Assembly: GCA_019057385.1 (NCBI GenBank)
Contig: JAHQJS010000004.1
Span: 256,001 to 320,000, forward strand
DNA length: 64,000 bases
From: Candidatus Borrarchaeum weybense
Lineage (GTDB): Archaea > Asgardarchaeota > Sifarchaeia > Borrarchaeales > Borrarchaeaceae
Reading direction: 5' to 3'
The notes beneath the pieces are model-generated. The model was not told the origin of the DNA and did not search any database. It was given only the letters and a program-made list of their open reading frames with translations. Shown here piece by piece: positions 32,684 through 42,986 of this stretch. How positions within the stretch are numbered: position 1 is the first letter of the stretch; every line of letters begins with the position of its first letter. The translations under genes were made by a program, and so were the position numbers.

Positions 32684-33826
32684 TTAGATTGTGAGTCCTT
32701 TCTTTTTTAGTTCGGCTTCAGCAGTTTCAAATTTGTCGATTACCTTTTCTTTTTCAAGTCCCTTAACCCATGGCAACAAATCTTTAAGACCTTCTTTTAA
32801 TTCTATTTCTGGAGAGAATTCTAAATATTTTCGTGCTAATGAGATATCAGCATAACAATGCCTGACATCTCCAATTCTGAATTTCTTAGAGATCACTGGT
32901 GAGATGTCTGAATTATATATTTCCAAGATTAACTTAGCCAAGTCTTTTATTGTGATATATGTACCAGTTCCTATATTATAGGCTCTATACGCTGCATTCA
33001 TGCTTTTTAAGGCAAGTAAGTTTGCTTTTGCTATATCTTTAACATGTACGAAATCACGTTTCATGTTACCGTCTTCATAAATTATTGGTTGATTTCCATT
33101 TAAGATTCTGCTTGAGAAGATTGCAGCGACACCTGTATACGGATTTGAAAGTGCTTGTCGAGGACCATAAACATTGAAATATCTAAGAGCAATAGTGGGA
33201 ATACCGTAAGTCTTTCCAATCAGCAGACACATTTCCTCTTGATGTCTTTTAGACATCGCGTAAATCGATGTTGGCTTAAGTGGTTTTTTCTCATCAGTAG
33301 GTGCTGGCGTTGCAATCTTGTTACACTTAGGACAACGAAGTTCCCATTCATTTCTTTTCATTTGCTCATTTGAACGAAGTTCTGGAGAAACTAATCCGCA
33401 ATCTTCACAAGTATATCGTCCTTCTCCATAGATGGACATGGAAGATGCAACAACTAACTTCTTGACATTATGTTCTTTATTAACGAGCATATCCAGAAGA
33501 TTGGCTGTTCCTAAGGTATTAGAGTGGACATATTTTGTAATTTGGTACATGGACTGTCCTACACCTACTGCAGCTGCCTGATGAAATATGGCATCAACAT
33601 CATCAAGCATTTCATTAAGATCTTCTTGGACTCTTAAATCTCTTTTTTGGAACGTTGCTGAAGAATTAAGATATTCAGGAGGAGTTTGTCTAGATCCGTG
33701 AACCTGTTCTTCGAGATTATCAAAAATAATTACGTTATAACCTTCTTCAATCAATAAGTCCACGATATATGATCCAATGAATCCTGCTCCTCCGGTAACC
33801 AGAACATTTTCTATTCCTGATGGCAT
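32684..33826 (-). CDS. NAD-dependent nucleotide-sugar epimerase/dehydratase (extended SDR)
   Basis: TGGAGFIG, YAMSK (YxxxK), LRYFNVYGP, RDFVHV. Confidence 0.95.
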   Translation of the reverse strand: MPSGIENVLVTGGAGFIGSYIVDLLIEEGYNVIIFDNLEEQVHGSRQTPPEYLNSSATFQKRDLRVQEDLNEMLDDVDAIFHQAAAVGVGQSMYQITKYVHSNTLGTANLLDMLVNKEHNVKKLVVASSMSIYGEGRYTCEDCGLVSPELRSNEQMKRNEWELRCPKCNKIATPAPTDEKKPLKPTSIYAMSKRHQEEMCLLIGKTYGIPTIALRYFNVYGPRQALSNPYTGVAAIFSSRILNGNQPIIYEDGNMKRDFVHVKDIAKANLLALKSMNAAYRAYNIGTGTYITIKDLAKLILEIYNSDISPVISKKFRIGDVRHCYADISLARKYLEFSPEIELKEGLKDLLPWVKGLEKEKVIDKFETAEAELKKKGLTI

Positions 33827-33910
33827 TAAAATACTTCCTAAAGGCTTTTGAGTATCTAATTAAGCTATCTTTAATAACTGTTTCTCTTTAAAACTCAAAT
33901 TGGCAAAGAA

Positions 33911-34783
33911 TTACGAAATTAGCTGAAAGTCAATTTCTAAAGATGCCTTAGTTAAATTGACTTCTTTCTTCATTTGAACAGGTTTTTTTGTGACTTCTGC
34001 TATTATACCTGCTAATGCGCCACACAGCGGACAACTAATCTTTTTACAATCAAAATCGCTCTTTGTGATTTCTTCACATACGGCTACAAATCTGTTACCT
34101 TCTATCTTTACAGAGAAGTTATTTGACTCCTGACTAATGGTCACTATATCTGCTATTTCAAGGCCCTCAGTCATAAGCGGTGGTAAATATTCGCAAAGAA
34201 AGTCGGTGGAAATTCTACTAAAATCTATTGCAAGTTCTTCTTCCATGAGCCCAAGTAGACTATCTCCCATCGAAGGTATGATAAGTCCTTTTCCAGGAAA
34301 TATTAGTTTGTTTTCAGAGTAAAAATTGGGTATGTCCTTATCATCTTGGTTAAAAGGTAAAAACATTTTTCCCTTTTCGCCATCCTTATTTGGTGGTAAA
34401 TAAATTTCAGATCCTTGCACATCAAATTGTTTTACTATGGAATATATCACCTTAATTGGAGCGAAGATAGTTGTTCCCACAACATCTCCTTTTATTGAAT
34501 CTCCAATCCTTGAAAAAAGAAGAGAAAAACCAGTAAAAAAGAGCATAATACCAATTATTTCTAAAATGGGGTTCCAAGCTTCGAAGGCATAGATCATGGC
34601 CAAGAGTGCACTTGTAACGAGGATTGCGCCACCAACTCTAGTTAATTGTAGTCTTGAGAGCCATATCTTCTTAATTAATGTTGCTTTTTCCCTTCTATGT
34701 TTCTCTTCTATTCTAGACTTCTCCGCCAGTACTTTGAGAATTTCCTCGTCATTAGTAGTAGCTTTCGTTTCTTTTTCTGTCAT
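33911..34783 (-). CDS. Two-TM membrane protein with Cys-rich V4R-like C-terminal domain
   Basis: Two TM helices, then a soluble domain ending C...C....CPLC.ALAG. Confidence 0.6.
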   Translation of the reverse strand: MTEKETKATTNDEEILKVLAEKSRIEEKHRREKATLIKKIWLSRLQLTRVGGAILVTSALLAMIYAFEAWNPILEIIGIMLFFTGFSLLFSRIGDSIKGDVVGTTIFAPIKVIYSIVKQFDVQGSEIYLPPNKDGEKGKMFLPFNQDDKDIPNFYSENKLIFPGKGLIIPSMGDSLLGLMEEELAIDFSRISTDFLCEYLPPLMTEGLEIADIVTISQESNNFSVKIEGNRFVAVCEEITKSDFDCKKISCPLCGALAGIIAEVTKKPVQMKKEVNLTKASLEIDFQLIS

Positions 34784-35067
34784 AATTCCAGCCTGCTAAT
34801 TCTTGTGGTCTTATTTCTGTCTTCATTTGTTATATTAGAATTTCAATCTTGCGTATCTTACTTATCGTTTCATTTTTAAAATACTAATTTCTAATTGCGC
34901 GCGCTCTCTATAATAGTAGACATTATTTTAAAAGATAAAATATTAAGGAACAAAAAATATAATATGCGTTAATCTGTATGCCCATCTACTTTCAGTAGTA
35001 ATCAATACGATATGTTTATCTTATAAATGGCATGATATACCGATGGTTTTACAATTTGGTGTAAATA

Positions 35068-36108
35068 ATGGGTAATCCAAAGATTTGGTTCGATATTGGT
35101 ACTCCTTTTAATTGTAATCTCGTCGACGCTATTTTACAACACCTTGGCGATTTTTCTGAAACTCTTATTACTTGTCGAGATCACGATCACATTATTGATA
35201 TTCTATCTGCTAAAAAGATGGATTTCATTCCTATTGGAAAACACGGAGGTAAAAGCCTAAAAGGTAAATTAAAAGCATACGCTGAACGTGTGACATTATT
35301 GGCTGATGTTGTTGAAAAAGAAAAACCTAATCTTTTGATTACTGAACGTGATCCAAGTGCTGTGAGAACGGCATTTGGTTTTGGTACCCCTGCATGGACC
35401 GTTTTTTATGATGAACGGGAATATCACACTAATTGGATGGTTTTTCCACTCTCCAATAGAATTTTTGTACCTAGCTTTTATGATTCTCCCGAGCTGGTGC
35501 AAAATGGAGTAACTCTCAACAGAGTTACATGGTTTAATGGTTTTCATACCGCATTTTTAAAAGATGAATGGTCTCAACTTAGTGCAAAGAACTCTTCTTC
35601 ACACGATAAATTAAAGATACTCATACGACCAGAATTTGAATTTGCAACGTTTTTTAATACCGAAAAAAACCCCATACTGGAACAAGTTGTTGATCTTCTC
35701 ATAGCGAATGATCATAACGCTGAACTTTTAATATTTCCAAGAACTGAATCACAACGAGAACTATTTTCTAAATATCCTGGCGTTATATTTATTGAAGAAA
35801 ATACAATGGATTGTCCAGTGCTTGATGTAGATTTAGTGATCGGTGCAGCAGAGACTATGTTAATGGAAGCGTTTGTACTTTTGAAACCTGCAATTTCAGC
35901 AATATACTGGACACAATCTAAACCAGTTCAATATCTATTGCAGTATATCGATCACAGCACGGATCCGAAATCTGTTGTTCAACTTGCAGAAAAATATTTT
36001 GATAAGAATGAACGAGAGAAATTCAGTCACAAAGCGAAAGAAGTTGTGGATAAGATGGATAACTTGGGTCTTCTGATGGCAGAAGAAGTGAAAAAGCATT
36101 TCTCGTGA
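35068..36108 (+). CDS. DUF354 family protein (GT-B-like)
   Basis: KIWFDIGTP, IGKHGGKSL.GKL, ILIRPE, TMLMEA. Confidence 0.82.
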   Translation: MGNPKIWFDIGTPFNCNLVDAILQHLGDFSETLITCRDHDHIIDILSAKKMDFIPIGKHGGKSLKGKLKAYAERVTLLADVVEKEKPNLLITERDPSAVRTAFGFGTPAWTVFYDEREYHTNWMVFPLSNRIFVPSFYDSPELVQNGVTLNRVTWFNGFHTAFLKDEWSQLSAKNSSSHDKLKILIRPEFEFATFFNTEKNPILEQVVDLLIANDHNAELLIFPRTESQRELFSKYPGVIFIEENTMDCPVLDVDLVIGAAETMLMEAFVLLKPAISAIYWTQSKPVQYLLQYIDHSTDPKSVVQLAEKYFDKNEREKFSHKAKEVVDKMDNLGLLMAEEVKKHFS

Positions 36109-36153
36109 ATCCATTTCTCAAAGCATAAGAAAATTGAAAAAAAGAGATTTTGG

Positions 36154-37017
36154 CTAAAAGAACTTCTTCAGCAAATCCTTGAACTGAGATGGGTTATGTG
36201 CTTTTTGTAGATCCACTAGCGTCCCTTTTTGAAGAGGTACATAGTCATCCTTTAGAATAGGTCTTTTAAAAAGAGAGATCACTCCAATAGGAATTTTTTC
36301 ACCCCATTCTTGAGATTTTTGAAACGCAGCCAACTTGTCTGTAGGATCATAGTCGTCGCCCAATTTATACACGCGTTCACGATACCATTGGTAAGTATTG
36401 AGCTTGTTCCAAGTAACACAGGGTTGTAAAATGTCCACAAAAGCAAAGCCCTTATGTGTAATCGCCTTTTTCAAGATTTCTTTTGTAAAATCTACATCGC
36501 CAGCGAAAGATCGCGCGACGAAAGAGCAATCAAGTGCGATTGCCATCGCTAATGGATTCATTGGAGGTATTTTTATGCCAACAGGTTCATCTTTTGTTTT
36601 CATCCCATAATCGGTTGTTGGGGACGCCTGTCCTTTTGTAAGGCCGTAGATTTGGTTATTCGTAACCATATACATCATATTCGGATTCCGTCGTATCGCA
36701 TTTATCCAATGATTACCGCCTTCGCCGTAACCATCTCCATCTCCACCTACTCCAATAACAACTAATTCGTGATTTGCGAGGCTTAATCCTGTAGCTGCTG
36801 GCAGTAAACGACCATGAAGTTCGTTGTATTCACTAACTCTCAGATAGTGCGGCAGTTTGGAACTTTGACCAATTCCAGAAACCATTGCAACTTGCCACGG
36901 CTCTAGATTTAGTTCAACAAGTGCCTGTTTTAGAGCATCAAGGATCGGAAAGTTTCCGCACCCTGGACACCAAGCAATATCTTTTACTCTAGATTCATAA
37001 TCTTCAAGTGTGACCAT
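36154..37017 (-). CDS. korB: 2-oxoacid:ferredoxin oxidoreductase beta subunit
   Basis: WCPGCG, GDGD..GEGGNH, NNQIYGLTKGQ, QPCVT. Confidence 0.93.
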   Translation of the reverse strand: MVTLEDYESRVKDIAWCPGCGNFPILDALKQALVELNLEPWQVAMVSGIGQSSKLPHYLRVSEYNELHGRLLPAATGLSLANHELVVIGVGGDGDGYGEGGNHWINAIRRNPNMMYMVTNNQIYGLTKGQASPTTDYGMKTKDEPVGIKIPPMNPLAMAIALDCSFVARSFAGDVDFTKEILKKAITHKGFAFVDILQPCVTWNKLNTYQWYRERVYKLGDDYDPTDKLAAFQKSQEWGEKIPIGVISLFKRPILKDDYVPLQKGTLVDLQKAHNPSQFKDLLKKFF

Positions 37018-38763
37018 TTAAACCACCATCCTCCTTTTTATTTCTTCAACTATGTTTTCTGGGGCAAACGGCCTCCCATCGTATTTATTTATTCTACCGC
37101 TTGGCAATTTACCGGTATAAGCTCGAATTATATTAGCGTACTGCCCAGTATAGTTATTTTCTACTACGAAACTTCTCTTTGCTTTTGCAACAAAGTCCCC
37201 AACTGCTTTATGAACTGGAAATACTTCAGTGGCATGCATCATATTGGTAATTATCCCTTCTTCGATTAGTATATCTACAGCTTCTCTGATGGAGCCATAG
37301 GTTGATCCCCACCCAATAAGAGAGATGTCCGCCGTTTCAGGTCCATATATTAAAGGTTCTTGTATTTCTTTCATCAGTGCATCTAATTTTCGCATTCGTT
37401 TTTCCAGTTGCTCATTTCGTGTTTCAGCGTCTTCGATAATATGCCCATATTCATCATGTTCATCTCCAGCAGTGGCTACAATAATTCCTTTTGTCCCTGG
37501 AAAGGCTCTAGGAGAAACACCTGACTCTGTGACGAGGTGAGTTTTGAAATCCATGCTTGCTTTTAATTGCTCATCAATGGCCATTGGTCCTCTATCTATC
37601 TTTATTTCGTCAATGCTGAAGTCGGCAGGATCAACTGAGCGATAAGAGTCTGCTAAATGTTGATCTTGAAGAATTACTACTGGCACATGATATTTTTCAG
37701 CAATATTGAACGCTTTCACAGTCAATCTAAACGCCTCTTCTTGACAACTAGGCGCAAAAATAACTCTGGGAAATTCACCATGGCCTGCATGCAGTACATA
37801 TTCTAAATCACTTTGTTCAGTACGGGTAGGCAGACCTGTTGCGGGTCCTGGTCTACTTACCAATGCAACAACGATTGGTGTCTCTGTAGCACCCGCCAAA
37901 CTAAATCCTTCGTTCATAAGGGCAAAGCCTCCACCAGATGTCGTCGTCATAGTTCTAACTCCTCCGTAGGCCGCCCCAAGAGCCATATTTATTGAAGCAA
38001 GTTCATCTTCTGTTTGTACAAAAACAAAGTCATCATGGGCTAACGCTTTCATGGTAACCCAAATGCTTGTGCTAGGCGTCATCGGGTAAGCACTTACGAA
38101 TTTACAGCCTGCAAATAGAGCACCAAGACCAACCGCTTCATTAGAAGTCAAAACCATTTTCTTTGGAGCAGTTCTAGGTTTGATGGTATAGCAGCAAGTT
38201 CCTTTGTAATTTTTTTGTGTAAACTCATAGCCTGACCTTGCCGCTTTCACGTTTTCGTCGATTATCGTTTGTCCTTTTTTCTTAAACTCATCAGTTATTA
38301 AGCCCGTTAGAATATCGAAATCGAATTCAATCAGACCTAGAGCGGCTCCCATGGCAACAGTGTTCACATAAAGTTTGTTCCCAGCCTCTACTGCAAGATT
38401 CATTAACGGGACATCAAAAATATCATGGATACGTTCTACCTCGGGGTCTACCTCTCTCAACTGTCTGTCACAAATGATAACGCTGTTCGGAACCATTACG
38501 TCTTGATGAATTTCAATTGTACGATCGTCTAAGGCGATGAGCACGTTGACTTCATTGGGTGCAGTATAAACAGGCTTGTCACTTAGTCGTAAATGAAAAA
38601 AACTGTGTCCTCCACGAATTCTGGATTCGTAATCTTGATGTGTAAAGATATGATAGCCGCCGCGTGCAAAAGTTTTCGATAAAATCCCACCGATAGATTG
38701 TACACCCTGTCCTGCTGCGCCTCCTACACGAAAATTCAAATCAATACTAAACTCTGTACTCAA
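37018..38763 (-). CDS. korA: 2-oxoacid:ferredoxin oxidoreductase alpha subunit (gamma-alpha fused)
   Basis: GGAAGQG, SRIRGGHS, YPMTPS, QTEDE, TSGGG, RPGPATGLPT. Confidence 0.95.
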   Translation of the reverse strand: MSTEFSIDLNFRVGGAAGQGVQSIGGILSKTFARGGYHIFTHQDYESRIRGGHSFFHLRLSDKPVYTAPNEVNVLIALDDRTIEIHQDVMVPNSVIICDRQLREVDPEVERIHDIFDVPLMNLAVEAGNKLYVNTVAMGAALGLIEFDFDILTGLITDEFKKKGQTIIDENVKAARSGYEFTQKNYKGTCCYTIKPRTAPKKMVLTSNEAVGLGALFAGCKFVSAYPMTPSTSIWVTMKALAHDDFVFVQTEDELASINMALGAAYGGVRTMTTTSGGGFALMNEGFSLAGATETPIVVALVSRPGPATGLPTRTEQSDLEYVLHAGHGEFPRVIFAPSCQEEAFRLTVKAFNIAEKYHVPVVILQDQHLADSYRSVDPADFSIDEIKIDRGPMAIDEQLKASMDFKTHLVTESGVSPRAFPGTKGIIVATAGDEHDEYGHIIEDAETRNEQLEKRMRKLDALMKEIQEPLIYGPETADISLIGWGSTYGSIREAVDILIEEGIITNMMHATEVFPVHKAVGDFVAKAKRSFVVENNYTGQYANIIRAYTGKLPSGRINKYDGRPFAPENIVEEIKRRMVV

Positions 38764-38971
38764 AATACTCTATCCTCCCTACTATTATCTAGGGCGAAAA
38801 ATAACTAAAATTGAACTCATTTTTGACTTTTCTGTTTTTTATAGTTATGCGTCTGCGCAATCAATTAGTATCCACCAGGGAGCTTATACCATTGGTCTCG
38901 TTGCGTAAATCACAAACTTTATTGTTTAGGGCATATGTAATCAAAATAACTAATATTTAGAGGTAATAACT

Positions 38972-39307
38972 TTGTCAAGAATAAGGTTTATTTCGATTGA
39001 AAAACTTCTTGAGATGCAAGCCAATGATCAGGACTTTAAGCTTATAGATGTTCTATCAGAAAATAGCTATAATGAGAGTCATATACCTGGAGCGATTAAT
39101 ATTCCAGTTGATAATCTGAATGAAGATACTCTTTTAGAAAAACAAATTACGCAAGAAGATACAATTATTGTTTACTGTGCTAGTTATGCTTGTCCAAAAA
39201 GCACAAAAGCAGCTAAAAGGCTTTTAGAAATGGGCTATAAAAAAACTTTCGACTTTAAGGCCGGCAAGAGAGAATGGAGACGTGCTGGTCTTCAATTAGA
39301 GAAATGA
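38972..39307 (+). CDS. Rhodanese-like domain protein
   Basis: IDV...HIPGAINIP, IVYCASYAC, G...W. Confidence 0.92.
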   Translation: MSRIRFISIEKLLEMQANDQDFKLIDVLSENSYNESHIPGAINIPVDNLNEDTLLEKQITQEDTIIVYCASYACPKSTKAAKRLLEMGYKKTFDFKAGKREWRRAGLQLEK

Positions 39308-39324
39308 TGTCTTCATTTCACAAT

Positions 39325-40455
39325 TTAAATGGCAATACCGACCAGACTACCTATGATGTATGTAATTATCGCTGCACCAGTACCGATCAAAAACATCTCA
39401 ATTCCGCTCTTCCAGGGGTTTCTTCCGGTCGCAAGTGTTCTGCCTATACCAATGAAGAAAAAGCCTCCCAGGCTCATTATAATTGAAATGTAGAACGCCC
39501 AAATACCAGGAAATATTATCCATGGAACAATAGGGATAAGAGCACCAAACGTAAAAAAGATACCAGAAGTTATTCCTGCTTTAAGTGGGCTTCCTAACTC
39601 CTCTGGAGCAAATCCTAATTCCTCACGTGCCATAGTGTCAAGGGCTGATCCTTTATCTGTAAAAATCTGTTTTGCCATCTCCCTAGCATGCTCTGGGTCA
39701 ACACCCTTCAATTCGTATCTTAGAGCTAACTCTTCCATTTCCAACTCTGGCATTGCAGTTATTTCGTATTTTTCCATTTCAAGGTGCTTTTCCATTACTT
39801 CTTTTTCAGCACGTGTTGAAACAAATGCACCTGCAGCCATACTTATTGCTCCAGCAATCGCTCCAGCAACACCTGCAAGTAAAACTATGGTATTTCCTAC
39901 TGCAGCACCGCTAACGCCAGCGACAAGGCTGAATGTTGATAATAATCCATCATTCATGCCGAAGATTGCGTCACGAATAGAACCGCCACCATGATGCCAT
40001 CTTTCCCCTGCAATAGGATCATCTTCAAATTGTCCACTCATTTCAGAGAGCACGGCAAAATGACTTTTTTCGTCTATTGCTATGGAACTTAGATTCTCTT
40101 TGAGTCCTTTTTCTATAGCTTCCGATGCATGCTTTGCATAGCCTGCTATAGCCTCATCTTCTCCTCTCACAAGGCTTCTTAAAAGAGACGTATGACCAAA
40201 TATTCTTCCAAAAAGACTAAGGAATCGTGTTCTCCATCTTGGCTTGAATTTTAGTTTGGTTGTATCAACTCCTAGCTTCTCCATTTCTATCTCTAGTAAC
40301 TCGGCATGCCCTTTCTCAATTTCAGCTAGTTTTTTGTAAACATTTTTCTTCTTCAGATCTGTTTCACTTGAAGCCATCTGTTCATACAACATCGATGCTT
40401 CTTTCTCATCGTTCCAACTGTCTATCAAGAATTTCTTCAGTTGGGATTCATTCAT
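39325..40455 (-). CDS. Ferritin/rubrerythrin-like domain fused to VIT1/CCC1 iron transporter
   Basis: N-terminal ExxH di-iron motifs (EKGH, EKSH); RDAIFGMNDGLLS, AISMAAG. Confidence 0.92.
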   Translation of the reverse strand: MNESQLKKFLIDSWNDEKEASMLYEQMASSETDLKKKNVYKKLAEIEKGHAELLEIEMEKLGVDTTKLKFKPRWRTRFLSLFGRIFGHTSLLRSLVRGEDEAIAGYAKHASEAIEKGLKENLSSIAIDEKSHFAVLSEMSGQFEDDPIAGERWHHGGGSIRDAIFGMNDGLLSTFSLVAGVSGAAVGNTIVLLAGVAGAIAGAISMAAGAFVSTRAEKEVMEKHLEMEKYEITAMPELEMEELALRYELKGVDPEHAREMAKQIFTDKGSALDTMAREELGFAPEELGSPLKAGITSGIFFTFGALIPIVPWIIFPGIWAFYISIIMSLGGFFFIGIGRTLATGRNPWKSGIEMFLIGTGAAIITYIIGSLVGIAI

Positions 40456-40630
40456 TCGAATTCCTCGCCTGTGAATAGGATGCCCTCTCTTTTAATTTTA
40501 ATCATTTCGTCAAGAACATTCCACTGTCATATTTTTTATGCCAATGAAAGAATTTAGTTGAAGAAAATAATTGAAGACAGATGCTCAAAAATGATATTTC
40601 GTTTAACTTCATTTTCAGTGCATCTTTCCA

Positions 40631-41407
40631 TTAATCGGCTACATATCTAGGATACGTTTTTTTTGCATCTTGAGCAATTTTTAGGTCGATTTCTCGCGTG
40701 ATGAAGGGCTCTTGATCTGAAGTTACGCCCAGAACGTTACCTTCAGGGTCAATGATCCAACCCTGTCCTCCAAATCTTATATTTTTGTTCTGAGTATCTT
40801 CTCCAGTACGATTTGATGATAGATTATATGCCCCTCCAATCATTGCTGAGACTCTTCCGGCAGCAAGCCACTTATCTCTGGTAATTACTTTAGTTGCACG
40901 TGGATTTACAATAATATGTGCACCTTGTTTACAATAACTCCTACTAAGCTCCATGAACCAAATTTCTGTACAGATTACAAAGCCAATCCGTGCTTCACCA
41001 CATAACACAGTTGTATAGTCTTTTGTTCCAATATCGTACCAAGAGGCTTCCCAATATTCTTTTTGATCTGGTACATTATGTTTTTGATGAAACTCAATAA
41101 TTTCGTCATTTTCGGACCAGACAAATGCTTTGTTGTAGCGTTTGTCGCCCTCATTGACCGGTCTAGTACCAAGTACGTAAGGGCATTTTAATTCATGAAG
41201 ACGTTTCATCCATCCATCGTGCGCTAGAATAGCAGCCTGCCATTGTTCATTATTAAACTCAGGTCTAGCAGCAAACCATTCATAGAACGGCATTTCTGGC
41301 AGTAGCACTAGGTTACTTTTTTCTTGTTGAACATGTGCCTTTAGCATTTTCCAGTCTTTCGTAAATAAATCAGGTTTGTTATTTAATTGGCAGACGGTGA
41401 TCTTCAT
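40631..41407 (-). CDS. Carbon-nitrogen hydrolase (nitrilase family)
   Basis: LLPEM, HQK, ICTEIWF (E-K-C triad). Confidence 0.92.
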   Translation of the reverse strand: MKITVCQLNNKPDLFTKDWKMLKAHVQQEKSNLVLLPEMPFYEWFAARPEFNNEQWQAAILAHDGWMKRLHELKCPYVLGTRPVNEGDKRYNKAFVWSENDEIIEFHQKHNVPDQKEYWEASWYDIGTKDYTTVLCGEARIGFVICTEIWFMELSRSYCKQGAHIIVNPRATKVITRDKWLAAGRVSAMIGGAYNLSSNRTGEDTQNKNIRFGGQGWIIDPEGNVLGVTSDQEPFITREIDLKIAQDAKKTYPRYVAD

Positions 41408-41644
41408 ATTTTATCCACTCTAGTTAGTTTTGCCCCATATTTTGTAAAAGGAATGTTAAAAACTATCTTTTACCTATTTTGGTTTTTGAATTGCATCAAA
41501 CTCCTCTTTCATGCAATTCATAACTTATAAAAAATTATTTTTAATTTCCTAAAATTGATATTAACAGAAATCACGTCAATTTGCTCTTGAAACCATCTAC
41601 TCAAATATTAACTGAAAAAAATGAAATAAAAAAACTTTAAAGTT

Positions 41645-42061
41645 TCATTTGTTTTGTAATAGTTCTAGCATTTCACCAATTGTTATAATTTTTAGTTCTC
41701 TGAATTCCTTTAAGGCTAAAAGATGTTTATCACCTGTCACAATATATTCTGCTTTTCCATCATACGCTGTTCTTAACACAATATCGTTATCGGGGTCTTC
41801 TTTTATAACCTCAAAATTTGACTTTATTATTATGAAATGTGCTAGACTTGCTAAAGCTCTTGTAAATTCAGCGATTTCCCTTTCGTCTACATATTCTTGA
41901 AAATACTCTCGACTAGCTACATTTATGAATTCATTAAGGATTTCTATTGATAGAATTAGCATAAATTTATTCTTGTAGGCTTGACGTAAAAGTGTTCTAG
42001 GTTTACCTTTACTGATTAAGGCGGAGATTAAGACATTGGTGTCCAGGAGCACTCTGAGCAT
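41645..42061 (-). CDS. PIN-domain toxin (VapC-like)
   Basis: LDTNVLISAL, DPDND, IVTGDKHLL. Confidence 0.92.
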   Translation of the reverse strand: MLRVLLDTNVLISALISKGKPRTLLRQAYKNKFMLILSIEILNEFINVASREYFQEYVDEREIAEFTRALASLAHFIIIKSNFEVIKEDPDNDIVLRTAYDGKAEYIVTGDKHLLALKEFRELKIITIGEMLELLQNK

Positions 42062-42077
42062 TCATCTACGCCTTTTT

Positions 42078-42347
42078 TCACTTTTCCTTTCTATAGTTTT
42101 GAATCTCTTCTAGAATTTCATCTTCTGTTAGCTTACGCTTGTCCGCTGATTTTTTATCTATCTCATCCCATAGAGTTTCCAGTTCGCGTTCCACATCCGG
42201 CAGTTCAAGTCTCTTCATGATTATTGTGTCTCCATAACCATAAACCAATAATTTTGTCTCAGGTGTTAATCCAAGCATATCTCGCAGTTTTTGCGGGATG
42301 ATAACTTGTCCTTTCTCACTTATGGTAGTGATCTCAGGCTCACTCAT
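42078..42347 (-). CDS. AbrB/MazE/SpoVT family antitoxin
   Basis: ISEKGQVIIPQKLR..LGL; directly upstream of the PIN toxin; ATG start of MSEPE preferred. Confidence 0.9.
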   Translation of the reverse strand: MSEPEITTISEKGQVIIPQKLRDMLGLTPETKLLVYGYGDTIIMKRLELPDVERELETLWDEIDKKSADKRKLTEDEILEEIQNYRKEK

Positions 42348-42427
42348 CCATATCACCGTCTGACAATATTATTTTACGCTCTTGTCTAAAAGATACGTTT
42401 ATTTCGCTTTTTTATAGCCTCAGAACA

Positions 42428-42640
42428 TTAATAAAGATGCTGATTCTCAGGAATTCCTTTCTTTAATCTCTCTTTGATTTCCTCAAAAGATAGTGTAATC
42501 TCATCTCGACGTTCAGCAATAATAGCGAGGTCATGTAGATCTGCCAAGAGTTCTTCATATTCTTGGATTGGAAGAACTACTGCTGTTTTTTGGCCGTTTT
42601 CGTCTACAATATATTTTGTTTGGGAGTTCGTGTCACTCAT
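42428..42640 (-). CDS. Small antitoxin-like protein
   Basis: YIVDENGQKTAVVLPIQEYEELL pattern typical of small TA antitoxins. Confidence 0.75.
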   Translation of the reverse strand: MSDTNSQTKYIVDENGQKTAVVLPIQEYEELLADLHDLAIIAERRDEITLSFEEIKERLKKGIPENQHLY

Positions 42641-42986
42641 GTTATCATCCTTCTAATCTTAGTAAGATCTAATTCGGTTAAATGTTTTGTCACTATATTT
42701 CAATAGGGATAATTGCGGCGATGCTAATTTTTGTGAGTTTTCAGTTATTAAATAGAAGGATTTTATGAGTTTAAGGAAGAGTAAACGGTTAGTTTTTTTG
42801 CTTCAAGAGTGCTTCTTTCTATAGTCATATATGTCTAAGTGCAGTATTATTTTTGCTAGGGTCGAAAGGAAAATTTAGAGCTAGTCACAAGTTTCCTCTG
42901 AAACCTAGACGAATTTGCCCTTATGATAAGTTTAAAGACTTAGAGTTGAGATCAAATTAATAGAAGTGTGATTGGAGGAAAAGGAA

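Noticed and set aside
38845-38910. Possible riboswitch between korA and rhodanese (GCGCAA...TTGCGT)
   Set aside because: Only a short pairing and no recognisable aptamer consensus
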